A program made the translations under genes and the position numbers. Below the pieces are notes generated by a model. The model did no database searches, was not told where the DNA came from, and saw only the letters and a program-made list of their open reading frames with translations. 64,000 nt of DNA, taken from a virus. This document shows positions 19,897 to 29,854 of the stretch, one piece after another. Location: IMG/VR virus record IMGVR_UViG_3300001460_000016, positions 1 to 64,000 of that record, one strand, 5' to 3'. Every line of letters starts with the position of its first letter. The stretch's first letter is position 1.

Positions 19897-20837
19897 TTGA
19901 ATTCGCACTCCATCATAATTTCAATAAGACATGCTGTAAGATTGATCTCCGCGTCGGCTACGAATGCAGCCTTGTACTGATACTCGGCGATCACAAGAAT
20001 TGCCTGCGGAATACTGTGCGATGTAAGATTATCATAGAGAGAATCATACAACTTACGAAAGATTTGCACTGGGTCATTGTCTAGATTCTCAACGACCCAC
20101 TTTCTGACATTGGTGAAGTCCTTACTCTTCATAGACTCCATCAGATTCTTGATATTTACTTCACCGATCTGGGTTAGAATACCCTCGTCGATTTGACCCG
20201 AAACAGAATACCGTTGAAGTTCATTTAGAATTCTACGGAAGTCTGGGAAGTGCTTGATAACCAGTTCACCAAGGGCCTTTTCTTTGAACGGAACTTCTTC
20301 GTCCTTTAGGATGTTACTACACCTATCGAAGAATTGTTTACCAAGTTTTGGTTTGTCAACTGACTCAATCTTAAATTCGATGTTAGTACATCGTGAGTGA
20401 ATAGGTTCAATGATTCTATTCTTGTAGTTACAAGTCAAGACAAACCTACAGTTCTTGGAAAACTCTTCGATGAAACCACGAAGTGCCGGTTGAGTAGACT
20501 GGGCATTCGAGTAATCAAACTCGTCCAGAATCACCACCTTCTTCTGGTCACTGAATGAAACTGTGCTTGCGAAGTTTCGAATCTTAGTTCGGAGTGTGTC
20601 GATGTTTCCATCTTCCGAACAGTTGATTAGAATATTTTCACAACCAAGTTCATTACACAAGGCACGGGCAACGGTAGTCTTACCGCACCCAGCCTTGCCG
20701 GAGAGAAGTAGGTTCTGCATCTCTCCTGAATTTACAATGTCCTGAAATGTACTCTTGATAGAGACAGGAAGAACACACTCTTCAATTGTTCTGGGACGAT
20801 ACTTCTCGACCCACAAATGTTCTCGATTCACGTTCAA
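19893..20837 (-). CDS. 44: Clamp loader large subunit gp44 (AAA+)
   Basis: LWVEKYRP, GKAGCGKTT, ILDEFD, QPALRGFIEEF, SRC and FPDFRR. Confidence 0.97.
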   Translation of the reverse strand: MNVNREHLWVEKYRPRTIEECVLPVSIKSTFQDIVNSGEMQNLLLSGKAGCGKTTVARALCNELGCENILINCSEDGNIDTLRTKIRNFASTVSFSDQKKVVILDEFDYSNAQSTQPALRGFIEEFSKNCRFVLTCNYKNRIIEPIHSRCTNIEFKIESVDKPKLGKQFFDRCSNILKDEEVPFKEKALGELVIKHFPDFRRILNELQRYSVSGQIDEGILTQIGEVNIKNLMESMKSKDFTNVRKWVVENLDNDPVQIFRKLYDSLYDNLTSHSIPQAILVIAEYQYKAAFVADAEINLTACLIEIMMECEFK

Positions 20838-21535
20838 CCCTCATACTTAGAAGTGTTATCTAATGCGATCCAGTATGTTACATCAATATTTTTGTTTGTC
20901 AACTGACTTACAAACTTATCTGTGATGTCAACATCGTAATCACCGGCGATCATCTTCATGTTCTCGGTTTTGTAGTTGAAGGTGAATCGCCCACCGGGAT
21001 TATCACCCAGTGTAACACTGTAAGTATTACAACTCGAATCCTTAAGATCCAGAGCAACGAGTTCAATCTCAGATTCATCTTCCGAAGATCGAACGGCAAG
21101 ATCGGGAAGTCCAAGAACAGAAGCTGCCTTAAGAACCTGAGAAAGATCCTTGTTATAAAGAACAAAGGAAACTACTGGATCTGGCATCTGCACATCCTTG
21201 TCCACACTGGAGATCAGTGATGACTCGGCGTACCGGTACTTAGTCTTTGACTTTCCATTCTCTTCCGAGATAATTACATGATCATCCCGAAACTCAAACA
21301 CGGGTTTATCGTAAAGAGAAACCGTTCCAAGGAACTTGTTGAGATCCCAGATCGAAACCTGAGTGTCAAACGTCTCCTCGATACTCGTCTTCGACATGAT
21401 GTTCTTCATTGGCGAAAGAGTTTTGATTGTAGAACCAGCTTCGATCTTGATGTTACAATTGATCGTTGAATAGTTCTTCAGTATTTCCAATGTTTCTCTT
21501 GATAATTTCATAATATCAACTTTCACTGCTGTCAT
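20834..21535 (-). CDS. 45: Sliding clamp gp45
   Basis: MKLS.ETL.ILKNYSTIN, IWDLNKFLG, KAASVLGLPDL and YWIAL. ATG at 21535 has a GGAGA SD; ATG at 21511 is also possible. Confidence 0.95.
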   Translation of the reverse strand: MTAVKVDIMKLSRETLEILKNYSTINCNIKIEAGSTIKTLSPMKNIMSKTSIEETFDTQVSIWDLNKFLGTVSLYDKPVFEFRDDHVIISEENGKSKTKYRYAESSLISSVDKDVQMPDPVVSFVLYNKDLSQVLKAASVLGLPDLAVRSSEDESEIELVALDLKDSSCNTYSVTLGDNPGGRFTFNYKTENMKMIAGDYDVDITDKFVSQLTNKNIDVTYWIALDNTSKYEG

Positions 21536-22214
21536 TAGTGTCTCCATTTGTTTTGACAGGATCATATGCAGGTGGAATTTCGATTCCTCGGGCAGTAAGA
21601 ACAACTTCTGTTAAATGTTTTCTCTTCATACCTTCGGGTAACTTATCGATTTCCTCTTGCGTTTCTTCAGAGAAGGGTTTGTAATCTCCAAACCCGGGCA
21701 TTCTAACTGGGCAAGAAACCCACGGATAATCCAATTTGGTGTAAGCACCACTATTGTCTGGATCATTTAAGAACGCTCTTGGTTTATCACCGCATCCACA
21801 TGCAGTGCAGAAGTACGCACCTTCTCTGTTATTACTTGCACTTCTATATGGACATGCTACCATTTCATCATCACCATGGCAAGAGAGAACTCGTAACTTA
21901 ATTAACTTCTCATCAGCCTTACCTTGAGTAACTCTAGAAGCAACAGACTTGCCGAAGTTCTTCACCTTATTAATCATAGATGGAGATTCGGGTGTTGCAA
22001 TTTCTTTTGGTGTTGATTCTCTTTCAGTATCCAAAGTAGTTTGAGTATTTGCACGATTTCGCCTATCCACAGATAACTGCGGAATAGACGGAAAAGTAGG
22101 TTGATTTAAACTGGGATCAGGTTCTATTTTTTTTTCCTGAACTTTTTTCAAATTAGCAGAAGCTCTGGCCGAATCTGGACTAGAACTTTTATTTTTACCG
22201 CATCCACATCCCAT
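21516..22214 (-). CDS. Cys-motif hypothetical protein (putative metal-binding)
   Basis: Starts MGCGCGK at 22214 after a GAGGAG SD; contains CHG...CPY...CTACGCGD...CP. Confidence 0.65.
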   Translation of the reverse strand: MGCGCGKNKSSSPDSARASANLKKVQEKKIEPDPSLNQPTFPSIPQLSVDRRNRANTQTTLDTERESTPKEIATPESPSMINKVKNFGKSVASRVTQGKADEKLIKLRVLSCHGDDEMVACPYRSASNNREGAYFCTACGCGDKPRAFLNDPDNSGAYTKLDYPWVSCPVRMPGFGDYKPFSEETQEEIDKLPEGMKRKHLTEVVLTARGIEIPPAYDPVKTNGDTNDSSES

Positions 22215-22215
22215 A

Positions 22216-22398
22216 TCACCACTCCTCTTCGAATTGAGAGTCCCATTTATCTTCAATATCATCTTCTGAAAGATTCTTAAGATCTTTAAGGGACTGTTTT
22301 TCGTTGTGTCGTTTACTCTTTTTTTTATTCTTTTTGATAGACCGCGAACCTATATCACGGGTATCATCGTACTCTTCGTAATAGTATTGTTTTTTCAT
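22216..22398 (-). CDS. Small charged hypothetical protein
   Basis: ATG at 22398 immediately after the rnh stop; MKKQYYYEEYDD...basic tract...acidic tail. Confidence 0.6.
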   Translation of the reverse strand: MKKQYYYEEYDDTRDIGSRSIKKNKKKSKRHNEKQSLKDLKNLSEDDIEDKWDSQFEEEW

Positions 22399-22399
22399 C

Positions 22400-23236
22400 T
22401 CAGAATTCCTGTATATCTCCCATGAGATTTTTGAGTTTGTGTTCGATAAAGTAATTAAATACTTTAGACTTAGAACCGACAATAGGACTATCCCACTCTT
22501 GCACTACCAGATTTACAATATCGTCTGGAATTTTATCTAGGTTGATAAGTATATCATTCCTATTCCAATTGTCAGTGCAAGCAACGGGTTCAAGATTTTC
22601 CATTAAGGAATTAATTTTCTTTTCGCCACATGGCTTTTGTCGTTTATCTTCACAGACAAATACATCGTCTTCAGATAAAACATTCGGAATACCATCACTG
22701 GCATCCCCCTTGATAATGTGATAAATTAAAAACTTCTCAGGGTCATCACATTCGATCATGTTCTTTTGAACAGGTGAATACTGGTGAACATTCGGAAACT
22801 TCTGCAACTGTTTGAAGTCTTTGTCACCAGAAACAATCATGATAGGTTCCTTGTCGTGAAACTTTCGAGTCAGAACGGCGATGATATCATCAGCCTCTGT
22901 TCGAGGAATCCTCATGTTCTTATATGGAAAAGTATCTCGAATTTCATTCCGAACCTTGGTCAATGTATCATATACTGAAGACCAATCAACGTCGGACTTA
23001 TTCTGATTCTTCTTCCTGTTCGCCTTGTAAAGAGGAAAGTGATCCTTACGCCAACAGTTACTAGAATCTTCACAGATTACTAGTTCGCCGAACTTAGAGG
23101 AAAACTTATTCTTAAAATTTCGATAGGCATTGAGAGTCATGTGGCGAACAAGAGACTCATCAATTCCGTTTGTACTGCCCTTTGTCTGGGCAAAGATACT
23201 AGAAAGTATCACTTGACTGTTATCAATTAAAATCAT
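22400..23236 (-). CDS. rnh: T4-type RNase H (5'-3' exonuclease)
   Basis: MILID.SQ, WRK..FP.YKANR, EADDII, SGDKDFKQL and GD.SDGIPN. Confidence 0.95.
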   Translation of the reverse strand: MILIDNSQVILSSIFAQTKGSTNGIDESLVRHMTLNAYRNFKNKFSSKFGELVICEDSSNCWRKDHFPLYKANRKKNQNKSDVDWSSVYDTLTKVRNEIRDTFPYKNMRIPRTEADDIIAVLTRKFHDKEPIMIVSGDKDFKQLQKFPNVHQYSPVQKNMIECDDPEKFLIYHIIKGDASDGIPNVLSEDDVFVCEDKRQKPCGEKKINSLMENLEPVACTDNWNRNDILINLDKIPDDIVNLVVQEWDSPIVGSKSKVFNYFIEHKLKNLMGDIQEF

Positions 23237-24363
23237 TTGAACGCCTGTAGAATCACAACATTACTATTTAGTCGTGGACTTGGAACAGATTCCTTATTTT
23301 TAAGATTTTTATATGCGTTAGTGATTGATCTAATTCCACTGGAACTAGCAACCTTTACGATGGATTTATCCTTACCTACCCTCTTACAGACAGACTTTTC
23401 ATTGTCTACACCCACAATGGTTGTACCCTTAATAGAAAGTCCATCAACCATTCTAGTTTTTTCATAGATGGAGAACTGATCTGTTTTGGTGTTGTAAGTA
23501 ATAACTTTGATTGCACCGATAATCTGTTTTGGATCAACAGACTGTACCTTACCATCTTCGGTTTGAATCATATATTTAACATTTCTGACAAGACTGGCCT
23601 TAGTCTGTAACTTCTTACGACGAGGTTTACGAGTCTTCTTGAGAACCGTAGAATACTCTTCACAAGTGGTAACAATGTTCTTAACAAAGTCTCGATATTT
23701 CTTCAACTGTGGGCGAGAAAGAAAACTCCATCCTTCCATCAGTTGTTTATCTTCCTTATTGTAGACCATATTTAGTTCTTCAAGAAGTGATGTAAATTCA
23801 AGAGAAATCATTCCCGATTGAATCGACTTAACTTCATTATCCTTTAACCACTTTACAACATCCAACTGTGGTTTTTTCTTTGCAAGGATTTCATCCAGAC
23901 TGGTATCAAGTATAATATTAATATCACCAGAGTATTCGATCACCTGTTCCTTCATTCTGTCCTGAACAGAAATCTTAGGTTTCTCGACAACTTCGGTATT
24001 GACTTTCTTTGACCTAGAACCCAACGTGATCATTTCTCTAATATGAACCTTGGTCTTCTCTATGAGAATTTCTGGAAGAGGAACTTGGTTACTCAACATT
24101 CTACAGTTGTGACCAAACAGAAAAGTTCGATAATCAACACGGCTGACTTTACTGATGTCTTCCTTGTCATAATTATTTTCTTTCATCCACTCAAGGCACC
24201 AGTTCTTGTAATGCTTAAGATTGGACATAGCATTATACCAAGCATAAGATCGCAGGAGAAAGCTATCAATATCCAGATCCCCCAATTCATCCCAACTCGG
24301 TTCCTCACCATAGTGAATTTTTTCAATAGTGGCGCCACGTTTAATTTTTCTTTTAGTTTTCAT
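23233..24363 (-). CDS. Conserved hypothetical protein of T4-like phages
   Basis: 376-aa basic ORF coupled to rnh; V.SVDP..IIGA..YNTK...G.SIKGTT..G motif region. Confidence 0.75.
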   Translation of the reverse strand: MKTKRKIKRGATIEKIHYGEEPSWDELGDLDIDSFLLRSYAWYNAMSNLKHYKNWCLEWMKENNYDKEDISKVSRVDYRTFLFGHNCRMLSNQVPLPEILIEKTKVHIREMITLGSRSKKVNTEVVEKPKISVQDRMKEQVIEYSGDINIILDTSLDEILAKKKPQLDVVKWLKDNEVKSIQSGMISLEFTSLLEELNMVYNKEDKQLMEGWSFLSRPQLKKYRDFVKNIVTTCEEYSTVLKKTRKPRRKKLQTKASLVRNVKYMIQTEDGKVQSVDPKQIIGAIKVITYNTKTDQFSIYEKTRMVDGLSIKGTTIVGVDNEKSVCKRVGKDKSIVKVASSSGIRSITNAYKNLKNKESVPSPRLNSNVVILQAFK

Positions 24364-24364
24364 T

Positions 24365-25141
24365 TCAAATCCACTCGGAGTAAACTTCTTCTCGAATTCC
24401 TTCTTGTAGGGGGAACTTATAAAATATCTTCTTCAATCGAATTTCATCTTTCAGAAGAGAGTTCTTTCTCTCGGATTGGGTTAAATCAGTAACTTTCATG
24501 TCATCAGTATACCTTACTTCTTCGTGGATGGCAAGTGTGTAATGAGAATCATTTTTCCAAGAGATGAATTCCTCGTAAGGAAAGTTTATTCTCTCACCAA
24601 TTTCCTTCCATGGCAAGTCCATAACATCAGAAAATTTATAAAATCTTATTTCTCTGTATTCTAATTTATCTTTTGGTTTATGTTTAACGTAACCCTCAAC
24701 GGCAATAACTTTGGCATTTTCGGAGGTGTGCAATTTCTGCCAACAGAATTCTATACCCCGTTGAGACTTCTCACTAATAAAAGATCTGGCTTTAGATGTG
24801 TTCAACTGAACAACAGTTCTAGCCTGATTGTCTTCTGCACAGAGAAGATAATCAAACCCATCTTCGTGATTCTCCACGAAGAGATAGGGAAAGTCAGGAG
24901 CATTTCGATGGACGTTGAATATCATCTTACCATCTTGGTAAACAGTACCAATGGTATAAATGTATTTCGTTTTCTTATTTCTAAATCTAAATTCTACTGG
25001 AGTCACTACCACAGTATATTTACCCGAAGGTGATTTATACTTTTTAACCCTATTGGATAAAGGTTTGGCAATTTTAAAATGATCCATAATTTTTTTCCGG
25101 TGCTGAGAATACCAATCTTCCCGAACATTGTTTATGGTCAT
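24365..25141 (-). CDS. Hypothetical protein
   Basis: 258-aa ORF with GAGGA SD, tightly packed between neighbours. Confidence 0.7.
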   Translation of the reverse strand: MTINNVREDWYSQHRKKIMDHFKIAKPLSNRVKKYKSPSGKYTVVVTPVEFRFRNKKTKYIYTIGTVYQDGKMIFNVHRNAPDFPYLFVENHEDGFDYLLCAEDNQARTVVQLNTSKARSFISEKSQRGIEFCWQKLHTSENAKVIAVEGYVKHKPKDKLEYREIRFYKFSDVMDLPWKEIGERINFPYEEFISWKNDSHYTLAIHEEVRYTDDMKVTDLTQSERKNSLLKDEIRLKKIFYKFPLQEGIREEVYSEWI

Positions 25142-25153
25142 CGGATTCCTCTT

Positions 25154-26875
25154 TTAAGTTCGAATGATTCGACTGAAATTGTTCTTCTTCTCAAAGGTGA
25201 TCGTATGTTCAAACTTGTCTGACAGTTGATCTGTTCTATGAGAAATGATGAATACATTTACTTTCTTACCCAGATTATATAGCAGTTTCATAAACTCATC
25301 TGTACCCATACTGTCCAAAGATGAATCAAAAACTTCATCTAAAATAAGGAGATTAGTATTTGCACTATTTTTTAGTCGTGCAACTTCTCTCCAAGATAGA
25401 AGCAAAGCTAAATCGATTCTCATCTTTTCACCTTCACTAAAACTCATGTAACTGAATTCGTCGCGGTGTCTAGACTTAATTGTTTCGTTGAAGTTTTCAT
25501 CCAAATGAAATTGTGCAAAGAAGTCCATCGATCCAAGATACTTATTAATCAACCTATTCATGATAGGCAAATAATACTTAATGATCTTTGACTTAATTCC
25601 ACTGTCTTTTAACAACCCAGATACAATCCCGTAGTCGTGCATCTGAGATGTGTTAGACTCCTTCACCGAATCTAAATCAGCAAGTTCCTTTACTAATTCT
25701 TTGAGTCTTTCGTTCTCTTGCGTGTCGTCTGTATCCTTGGACTTTATACTGTTAATTCTTTTGTTTGCAGTTTCAATACGATCCTTCTTGATAGAAAGTT
25801 CTGTATTTAACTCGGAAAATTGTTTTTCCTTTTCTGCAATGTCAGATAATATTAAAGTAATACAATTGAGTTCGTCAGTTAGAGTTTCTAGTTTCAAATT
25901 AATTTGCGATAATCCTTCGTTATATTCGACTATCTTTTTCTTTTTATTATCAATCATTTCATGACGATGGTCGTCTTGGATATTCTGATGACATGTTGGG
26001 CAATTTGTATTGTCCACATAAAACTCTATATTACTTTCCGTCGTCTTGATATTTTTATCAATGTTATCTTTTAGTTTATTGATCTTATTCAAAGAGGAAG
26101 ACAACGAATCTTGATTGGTTATTTGTTCTTTCAATTCATTAATTTGTGACTGAATTGAACTCATAGAAGTAGTTACTTCTTGAGCTTCACCAATTATCGT
26201 CTTGATGTCTTCTTGAATTTCATTAATCGACTCTTGACTCTTATCCTGTAATTTTTTGATATGCTTGTTCTGTATGTCGATTTTTTCTTTCGCAATACTA
26301 ATTTCATATCCCAATTCTCTTTCTTCTTCTTTTAATGTTAGTACTCTCGTCTTTAGGATTCCATTCATGAGAGAGAATACATTAATATCAAGAATGTCTT
26401 CAATGACACTTCTTCTGTCAGCGGCCGTCAACTGCATGAAAGGTACAAAAGAAGAACTACCAAGAATCACCACCTGAGTAAATGACTTATAGTTCATCTT
26501 GAGAATCTGTTCTTCAAGCATTCGCTGATAATCTTTTGACGTTGCAGACTGATCAATTAACTTACCATCTTTAAATATCTCAAAGATTTTTGGCTTTAGT
26601 CCTCGTTTAATTTTATATTCGTCGTTACCAATGCTAAATTCAACTTCGGTCATACAATCTTTTTGGTTGACACTGTTAGTTAGTTGAGGAATATTAATCT
26701 TTCTGAATGGTTTACCAAACAAAGCAAACGTAATAGAATCCAATAACGCAAATGACTTTCCGTGTCCGTTATTTCCAGACACCAAAACAAAGTTATGTTT
26801 GTTCAAATCAATTTCAGTATCAGTATTACCGAAAGACCCGAAGTTTCGGAACCTAACGGTTTTAAAATTTATCAT
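25154..26875 (-). CDS. 46: Recombination endonuclease ATPase subunit gp46 (Rad50/SbcC-like)
   Basis: GNNGHGKS Walker A, CPTC zinc hook, FSEGEKMRIDLALL and LILDEVFDSSLD. ATG at 26875 (ATGA overlap). Confidence 0.97.
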   Translation of the reverse strand: MINFKTVRFRNFGSFGNTDTEIDLNKHNFVLVSGNNGHGKSFALLDSITFALFGKPFRKINIPQLTNSVNQKDCMTEVEFSIGNDEYKIKRGLKPKIFEIFKDGKLIDQSATSKDYQRMLEEQILKMNYKSFTQVVILGSSSFVPFMQLTAADRRSVIEDILDINVFSLMNGILKTRVLTLKEEERELGYEISIAKEKIDIQNKHIKKLQDKSQESINEIQEDIKTIIGEAQEVTTSMSSIQSQINELKEQITNQDSLSSSLNKINKLKDNIDKNIKTTESNIEFYVDNTNCPTCHQNIQDDHRHEMIDNKKKKIVEYNEGLSQINLKLETLTDELNCITLILSDIAEKEKQFSELNTELSIKKDRIETANKRINSIKSKDTDDTQENERLKELVKELADLDSVKESNTSQMHDYGIVSGLLKDSGIKSKIIKYYLPIMNRLINKYLGSMDFFAQFHLDENFNETIKSRHRDEFSYMSFSEGEKMRIDLALLLSWREVARLKNSANTNLLILDEVFDSSLDSMGTDEFMKLLYNLGKKVNVFIISHRTDQLSDKFEHTITFEKKNNFSRIIRT

Positions 26876-27438
26876 ACTGGAATCTCCTCCACGATCGACC
26901 ACCAATCTGGTACAAGTCGATTAGTCCATTTAGCAAATCCATTTTTTTCACCCATGTAATACTTACGATAAGCTTGAGGTGCATCTCCATTCACTTTGTA
27001 CTCATCAGGCATCGCCTGTGCAAACTCGGTGATATGAAACCCATAAAGAGTCTTAGGATAATTACGAATAAACCAATTAATCAAACCTTCGGTTTTATGT
27101 TCTCGTCCATATCGGTGTGTATATTCTCGGCACAAATGCAGTGCATGAGAAGACAACCAACAGTAATTACCAAGAGATTTTCTAGTCCAAATTGTACACG
27201 GGTGATTAAGCATAACCGACTTAAATAATTTCATTTCAGAGTTAGCTAGATCAGTTTCATGACTCCATCGCTTGATGCGACGACCATTCTTACTGTAAGA
27301 AATATACTCATGACCATCCATGTAACGATGTACAGTCGAAAGCATTTGAGCTGACTCGACAATCATTTTCACAACGTGCTTATCACACATCATTTCTGCT
27401 GAGATTTTAGGATCTTTGTCCAATACAAAGATATTCAT
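26872..27438 (-). CDS. denV: Pyrimidine-dimer DNA glycosylase/endonuclease V family protein
   Basis: MNIFVLD.DP...CDKHVVKMIVESAQMLST, NHPCT.W, EYT.RY...H, AMPD.YK and AYR.YY...K. Confidence 0.75.
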   Translation of the reverse strand: MNIFVLDKDPKISAEMMCDKHVVKMIVESAQMLSTVHRYMDGHEYISYSKNGRRIKRWSHETDLANSEMKLFKSVMLNHPCTIWTRKSLGNYCWLSSHALHLCREYTHRYGREHKTEGLINWFIRNYPKTLYGFHITEFAQAMPDEYKVNGDAPQAYRKYYMGEKNGFAKWTNRLVPDWWSIVEEIPV

Positions 27439-28487
27439 AACGAAAGACTTTCCATATAGAGTTCACGCATTAAAGTTTTAATTCTTGACCTTTGATCATT
27501 TGGAACATTAGTCATTGTATCTACTTCATCATTTATAATTGAAACGGTGTCCTTGGATATGTCCAAGGAATCTTCTTCGGTGTGATCTACACCCATATCC
27601 TCAATGACTGTTAGATTTGCAACCTTCACATCATACAGTTTGTCCAAGAACTTGTCAAACATATACGGATTATTTTTCTCAAAAACATACACCTTGACAT
27701 ATGAGTTTTCATACTTAGAATAATCGCGTTCCAACATATCCCCGTCTTCTTCGTATGTAATGGCGTGGAAGACGTTCACGGGGTTCTCAACGAACCTCAG
27801 ATCTCTTGTCTCAGTGTCCAGTACATGGAAACCTTTCTTGACGTTTAGATCGTTAAAGGTTAACTGATACTGGGTTCCAAGATAATGTACATTGTTCTTA
27901 CTATGTTTAATATGAAAGTGTCCAGAGAGAACCATTTCACATCGACTGAACAATTTATCATCCATACCACCATCATACTGCACTCCACGCAGAACCTCAT
28001 ACCCATCAAGTTCAAAATGACCAGCCATAATTGGACAGGTCGAGTTCTTGATGAAGTCAATACACTGATCTGTGTTGTTCTTGTTTATCCACGGAACCAT
28101 TCCAATACAAAGTCCACCGAACTCCAGTTCGACTGGATCTTCATACAAATGAAAGTTATCAGTATCAGAAAACAACTCACGAATTGAATTGATTCTGTTT
28201 GTGTTTCGATAGTATGTGTCGTGGTTTCCGAGAATACAGTGTACTTGTATTCCGTACTCGTTAATCTTGTCGATAAATCGAGTGCGTACCTGCGAAAGAG
28301 TGTTAAAGTTCACAAACTTTCTACGATCAAGGAAGTCTCCAAGATGCAGAACCGTTGTGATGTTGTTCTCTTTACAGTACGGAAAAAACTGTTCTTCAAA
28401 AAACTTGAATGACTGATCCAAAAACAACTGTGAATCATTTCTTGCACCAAAGTGCGTATCATTTATTATAGCAAGCTTCAATTTCAA
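27435..28487 (-). CDS. 47: Recombination endonuclease nuclease subunit gp47 (Mre11/SbcD-like)
   Basis: DTHFG, HLGD.LDRRK, GNHD, GHFE and SGHFH metallophosphoesterase motifs. Confidence 0.96.
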   Translation of the reverse strand: MKLKLAIINDTHFGARNDSQLFLDQSFKFFEEQFFPYCKENNITTVLHLGDFLDRRKFVNFNTLSQVRTRFIDKINEYGIQVHCILGNHDTYYRNTNRINSIRELFSDTDNFHLYEDPVELEFGGLCIGMVPWINKNNTDQCIDFIKNSTCPIMAGHFELDGYEVLRGVQYDGGMDDKLFSRCEMVLSGHFHIKHSKNNVHYLGTQYQLTFNDLNVKKGFHVLDTETRDLRFVENPVNVFHAITYEEDGDMLERDYSKYENSYVKVYVFEKNNPYMFDKFLDKLYDVKVANLTVIEDMGVDHTEEDSLDISKDTVSIINDEVDTMTNVPNDQRSRIKTLMRELYMESLSL

Positions 28488-29056
28488 TCCTCAAAAAGTT
28501 TTCCTAATGTTCCACCGTCGGTGGTATCTTCAGTTTTCTTTTTCTTCTTTTTTGGTTTGTATTTGTTTAAATCGTTATCTGAGAGTTTAAAATATTCAGC
28601 ATAAGGATTCTTTGAACTAGGATCCACTAATTCGTTATCGTTGGCCCACTTAGTGAATTTGTTCTCATGGTCTAACTTTTCCATCATCATATACTTAACG
28701 TATATTTGTTTCTTTTCTTTTTCTATTCTTCGTATAAAGGCATAGTATATCATTTGCGTGAAATACGAGAATGGATTCTTAGATTTTTCTGGGTTGAAGT
28801 TGTGAGCATACATCAAACAGTTTTCGATTGCATCTCCAATCATCTCATCCCTGAACGGGTAATTCATAAAATTTGGTTTATATGAAAGACGTTCAGAAAT
28901 TTTCATGAAACACTCGCCCATGTAATGAGTTGCGGGAGGTTTCGGATCACCCAGTTCTTCTGCTTGGTTTATATCGTTTTTCCACTTTACCATCTCTTGA
29001 AAGAAAGCTTCATTATCTATGTAATGATCTCCCTTTGTTGTTTTTCTTTTAGCCAT
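28484..29056 (-). CDS. 55: Late-transcription sigma factor gp55
   Basis: HYIDN..F, GECFMKI, PNFMNY..RDEMIGDAIENC and NPFSYFTQ..YYAFIRRI.KEK. Confidence 0.97.
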   Translation of the reverse strand: MAKRKTTKGDHYIDNEAFFQEMVKWKNDINQAEELGDPKPPATHYMGECFMKISERLSYKPNFMNYPFRDEMIGDAIENCLMYAHNFNPEKSKNPFSYFTQMIYYAFIRRIEKEKKQIYVKYMMMEKLDHENKFTKWANDNELVDPSSKNPYAEYFKLSDNDLNKYKPKKKKKKTEDTTDGGTLGKLFED

Positions 29057-29083
29057 AATGTTGTTCCCTTGAATTCATATGTA

Positions 29084-29112
29084 ATTATACATCATAAAAC
29101 GAGTATTGTCAA
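29084..29112 (-). promoter_or_regulatory. Perfect sigma70-type promoter TTGACA-N17-TATAAT upstream of gp55
   Basis: Plus strand shows attata at 29084-29089 and tgtcaa at 29107-29112. Confidence 0.85.
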
Positions 29113-29141
29113 CCTTATAAGATATTTTTTAGATTTTCTAC

Positions 29142-29169
29142 TTGACAGATTTTTAATCCGGGTTACACT
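29142..29169 (+). promoter_or_regulatory. Possible divergent sigma70-type promoter TTGACA-N16-TACACT
   Basis: ttgaca at 29142-29147 and tacact at 29164-29169; no credible plus-strand gene downstream. Confidence 0.4.
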
Positions 29170-29212
29170 ATGTGTGCTAAGAAAGAAAGGGGTAGCTAGG
29201 CCTATAGAGGAC

Positions 29213-29842
29213 TCAGTTAGTGTAGTCGTCAGCATCCCCTGACCAGTCCGACCAATCGTTACCCCAATCGGGTTCTTCTTTAGAACGGTCGGTTTTTTCT
29301 TCTTCATCAAAATCAAAATCGTCAAGTGGAATTTCATCTTCGAGACCCATCTCATCGAAGAATCCTTCTTGCATCATTTTTTCGAACATTTTCTTAGACA
29401 TAGCGAAGTTCATCATGATCATTTCCTCCTCAGACGTAGGAGGTTTTGTTTTATCTTTTGTACTGTCAGCACTCATATCAATACCCAATTGTTTATAGAG
29501 GTCTTCTAAAATACTATTTGGATCTATTGGATCTATACCAAGAGATGCAATCTCATCCTCTTTTAACTTTTTTGATTCGTATTGATCTATAATTTTTTGA
29601 TTTGGTTCTATGGTAGTGACTACAAAATCAGATGGAATATCACAGGTAATTTCTTCACTGTTGTTCATCCAGTCCCTAAGTATCCACATTTCTTTTTTAA
29701 TCTCACCAGTAATGGGGTCGTGCATTGTTGTCAATTTCATTTGCATAGGTCGATCTAGGACAATCTTTTTTGCACCAACTTGATTTACAATACTGATTAA
29801 TTCTTCACCTGAACGAAGTTTTAGTATTTTGTATTCAACCAT
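29213..29842 (-). CDS. Conserved T4-like protein downstream of uvsW (Sm-like N-terminal domain, acidic tail)
   Basis: YKILKLRSGEELIS...L..PM...W; syntenic position between uvsW and gp55. Confidence 0.65.
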   Translation of the reverse strand: MVEYKILKLRSGEELISIVNQVGAKKIVLDRPMQMKLTTMHDPITGEIKKEMWILRDWMNNSEEITCDIPSDFVVTTIEPNQKIIDQYESKKLKEDEIASLGIDPIDPNSILEDLYKQLGIDMSADSTKDKTKPPTSEEEMIMMNFAMSKKMFEKMMQEGFFDEMGLEDEIPLDDFDFDEEEKTDRSKEEPDWGNDWSDWSGDADDYTN

Positions 29843-29854
29843 TGGATTCTCCTC

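Noticed and set aside
29092-29355. 87-aa minus-strand ORF across the gp55 upstream region
   Set aside because: It overlaps the Sm-like gene out of frame and runs through the promoter region, with no coding signature.
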